DNA of 9,774 nucleotides from a virus (Duplodnaviria; Heunggongvirae; Uroviricota; Caudoviricetes): IMG/VR virus record IMGVR_UViG_2636415611_000002; one strand, 5' to 3'. Shown piece by piece: positions 7,527 to 9,774 of this stretch (position 1 is its first letter; each line of letters starts with the position of its first letter). The notes under the pieces were generated by a model. It saw only the letters and a program-made list of their open reading frames with translations, ran no database searches and was not told where the DNA came from. The position numbers and the translations under genes were made by a program.

Positions 7527-7535
7527 TTATTTGTG
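7527..7535. repeat. Left copy of the 9-bp target-site duplication (TTATTTGTG) of IS1 copy 2
   Basis: Identical 9-mer TTATTTGTG directly abuts both ends of the IS1 (7527..7535 and 8304..8312). Confidence 0.9.
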
Positions 7536-7590
7536 GGTAATGCTGCCAACTTACTGATTTAGTGTATGATGGTGATTTTAAGGTGCTTGC

Positions 7591-7866
7591 GTGGCTTCCA
7601 TTTCCATCAGATGTCCTTCCTGCTCCGCTACTGAAGGCGTGGTGCGTAACGGCAAAAGCACTGCCGGACATCAGCGCTATCTCTGCTCTCATTGCCGTAA
7701 AACATGGCAACTACAGTTCACTTACACCGCCTCTCAGCCCGGTACGCACCAGAAAATCATTGATATGGCCATGAATGGCGTCGGATGTCGCGCCAGTGCA
7801 CGCATTATGGGCGTTGGCCTCAACACGGTTTTACGTCACTTAAAAAACTCAGGCCGCAGTCGGTAA
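7591..7866 (+). CDS. insA: IS1 InsA (91 aa)
   Basis: Translation identical to InsA of copy 1. Confidence 0.95.
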   Translation: MASISIRCPSCSATEGVVRNGKSTAGHQRYLCSHCRKTWQLQFTYTASQPGTHQKIIDMAMNGVGCRASARIMGVGLNTVLRHLKNSGRSR

Positions 7867-8288
7867 CCTCGCGCATACAACCGGGCAGTGATGTGATTGT
7901 CTGCGCTGAAATGGACGAACAGTGGGGCTACGTCGGTGCTAAATCACGTCAGCGCTGGCTGTTTTACGCGTATGACAGGATACGGAGGACGGTTGTGGCG
8001 CACGTCTTCGGTGAACGCACTCTGGCCACACTGGAGCGTCTTCTGAGCCTGCTGTCGGCCTTTGAGGTCGTGGTATGGATGACGGATGGCTGGCCGCTGT
8101 ATGAATCACGCCTGAAGGGAAAGCTGCACGTTATCAGCAAGCGTTACACTCAGCGCATTGAGCGACATAATCTGAATCTGAGACAACATCTGGCAAGGCT
8201 GGGACGGAAGTCACTGTCGTTCTCAAAATCGGTGGGGCTGCATGACAAGGTCATCGGGCATTATCTGAACATAAAACACTATCAGTAA
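7785..8288 (+). CDS. insB: IS1 InsB reading frame (transposase expressed as InsAB' by -1 frameshift)
   Basis: Same as copy 1 apart from one residue near the C-terminus (G instead of E). Confidence 0.95.
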   Translation: MSRQCTHYGRWPQHGFTSLKKLRPQSVTSRIQPGSDVIVCAEMDEQWGYVGAKSRQRWLFYAYDRIRRTVVAHVFGERTLATLERLLSLLSAFEVVVWMTDGWPLYESRLKGKLHVISKRYTQRIERHNLNLRQHLARLGRKSLSFSKSVGLHDKVIGHYLNIKHYQ

Positions 8289-8303
8289 GTTGGAGTCATT
8301 ACC

Positions 8304-8312
8304 TTATTTGTG
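8304..8312. repeat. Right copy of the 9-bp target-site duplication (TTATTTGTG) of IS1 copy 2
   Basis: Exact direct repeat of 7527..7535. Confidence 0.9.
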
Positions 8313-8350
8313 AATTAAATCAATTATGGCGATGAATTACAAGGGGTTAA

Positions 8351-8620
8351 ATGCTGCCGCAGCATAGCGATATTGAAATAGCCTGGTATGCTTCGATACA
8401 GCAGGAGCTGAATGTCTGGAAGACCGTCACCACACAGTTCTACATCCAGGAATTCAGTGAGCATATTGCGCCACTTCAGGATGCTGTAGATCTGGAGATC
8501 GCAACGGAGGAAGAAAACTCGTTGCTGGAAGCCTAGAAGAAGTATCGGGTGTTGCTGAACCGTGTTGATACATCAACTGCACCTGATATTGAGTGGCCGG
8601 AAGAACCAGACACAATGTAA
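8351..8620 (+). pseudogene. tfa: Tail fibre assembly (lambda Tfa-like) C-terminal remnant, interrupted by an in-frame TAG at 8534..8536
   Basis: Translation ...[53 protein letters not shown] parallels the lambda Tfa C-terminus (...[48 protein letters not shown]...); the amber codon sits where Trp (TGG) is expected; only about 35 non-homologous residues precede the conserved part. Confidence 0.75.
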
Positions 8621-8779
8621 GCGAAAAAGAAAAACCGCAGACGCGACGTATGCAGGACGTGCTGCGGTTGGCTGGTGAACTTTCGATAGTGCGAGTATTG
8701 AATGATTTCCAGCCGTTACCGATTTTATATAACTGCAGTGGAATTATTCAACACACAGGCAAAACGGAATATGAAGTGG

Positions 8780-9774
<995 letters not shown>

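Larger units (their letters stand above)
7536..8303 (+). mobile_element. IS1 insertion sequence (768 bp), copy 2, simple insertion with 9-bp target-site duplication
   Basis: Ends GGTAATGCTGCCAACTTACTGATTTAG... (7536) and ...AGTAAGTTGGAGTCATTACC (8303); insA and insB present with the A6C motif at 7842..7848; differs from copy 1 by at least one nucleotide (InsB ...SVGLHD vs ...SVELHD). Confidence 0.95.

Noticed and set aside
1221-8303. The two IS1 copies plus the intervening 5.5 kb as a composite transposon that moved as a unit
   Set aside because: The outer flanks (AGCCAGCAC on the left, TTATTTGTG on the right) are not a direct repeat, and copy 2 carries its own perfect duplication, so the copies arrived or rearranged independently.
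6831-8671. 15-bp identity ACGTGCTGCGGTTGG at 6831..6845 and 8657..8671
   Set aside because: A single 15-mer match is near the length that can occur by chance in a 9.8-kb window, and the flanking similarity is patchy, so it is too weak to call a repeat or recombination site.

Overview
This window reads as an IS-riddled remnant of a lambdoid prophage tail-fibre module carrying a type III effector locus, the architecture typical of Shigella/enteroinvasive E. coli ipaH islands. Two near-identical 768-bp IS1 copies in inverted orientation (1221..1988 and 7536..8303) bracket a ~5.5 kb segment. That segment holds a lambda-like lom outer-membrane protein gene, a side-tail-fibre gene (lambda Stf-like N-terminus, unrecognised C-terminal domain), a putative tail-fibre assembly gene, and on the opposite strand a full-length ipaH gene (LRR domain plus C-terminal NEL E3-ligase domain with the CEDR motif) preceded by an exact MxiE-box match. 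Directly upstream of ipaH, on the same strand, is an AT-rich class I SAM-dependent methyltransferase gene whose 5' region is interrupted by the second IS1 copy (perfect 9-bp target duplication). Right of that IS1 lies a tfa 3' remnant with an in-frame amber codon, followed by a partial IS3-family element with an A6G frameshift site. The left flank is AT-rich with one small prophage-like ORF, one doubtful AT-rich ORF and a gene stump abutting the first IS1. All family assignments are from recognition of the translated sequences and motifs; no database search or computation was run.
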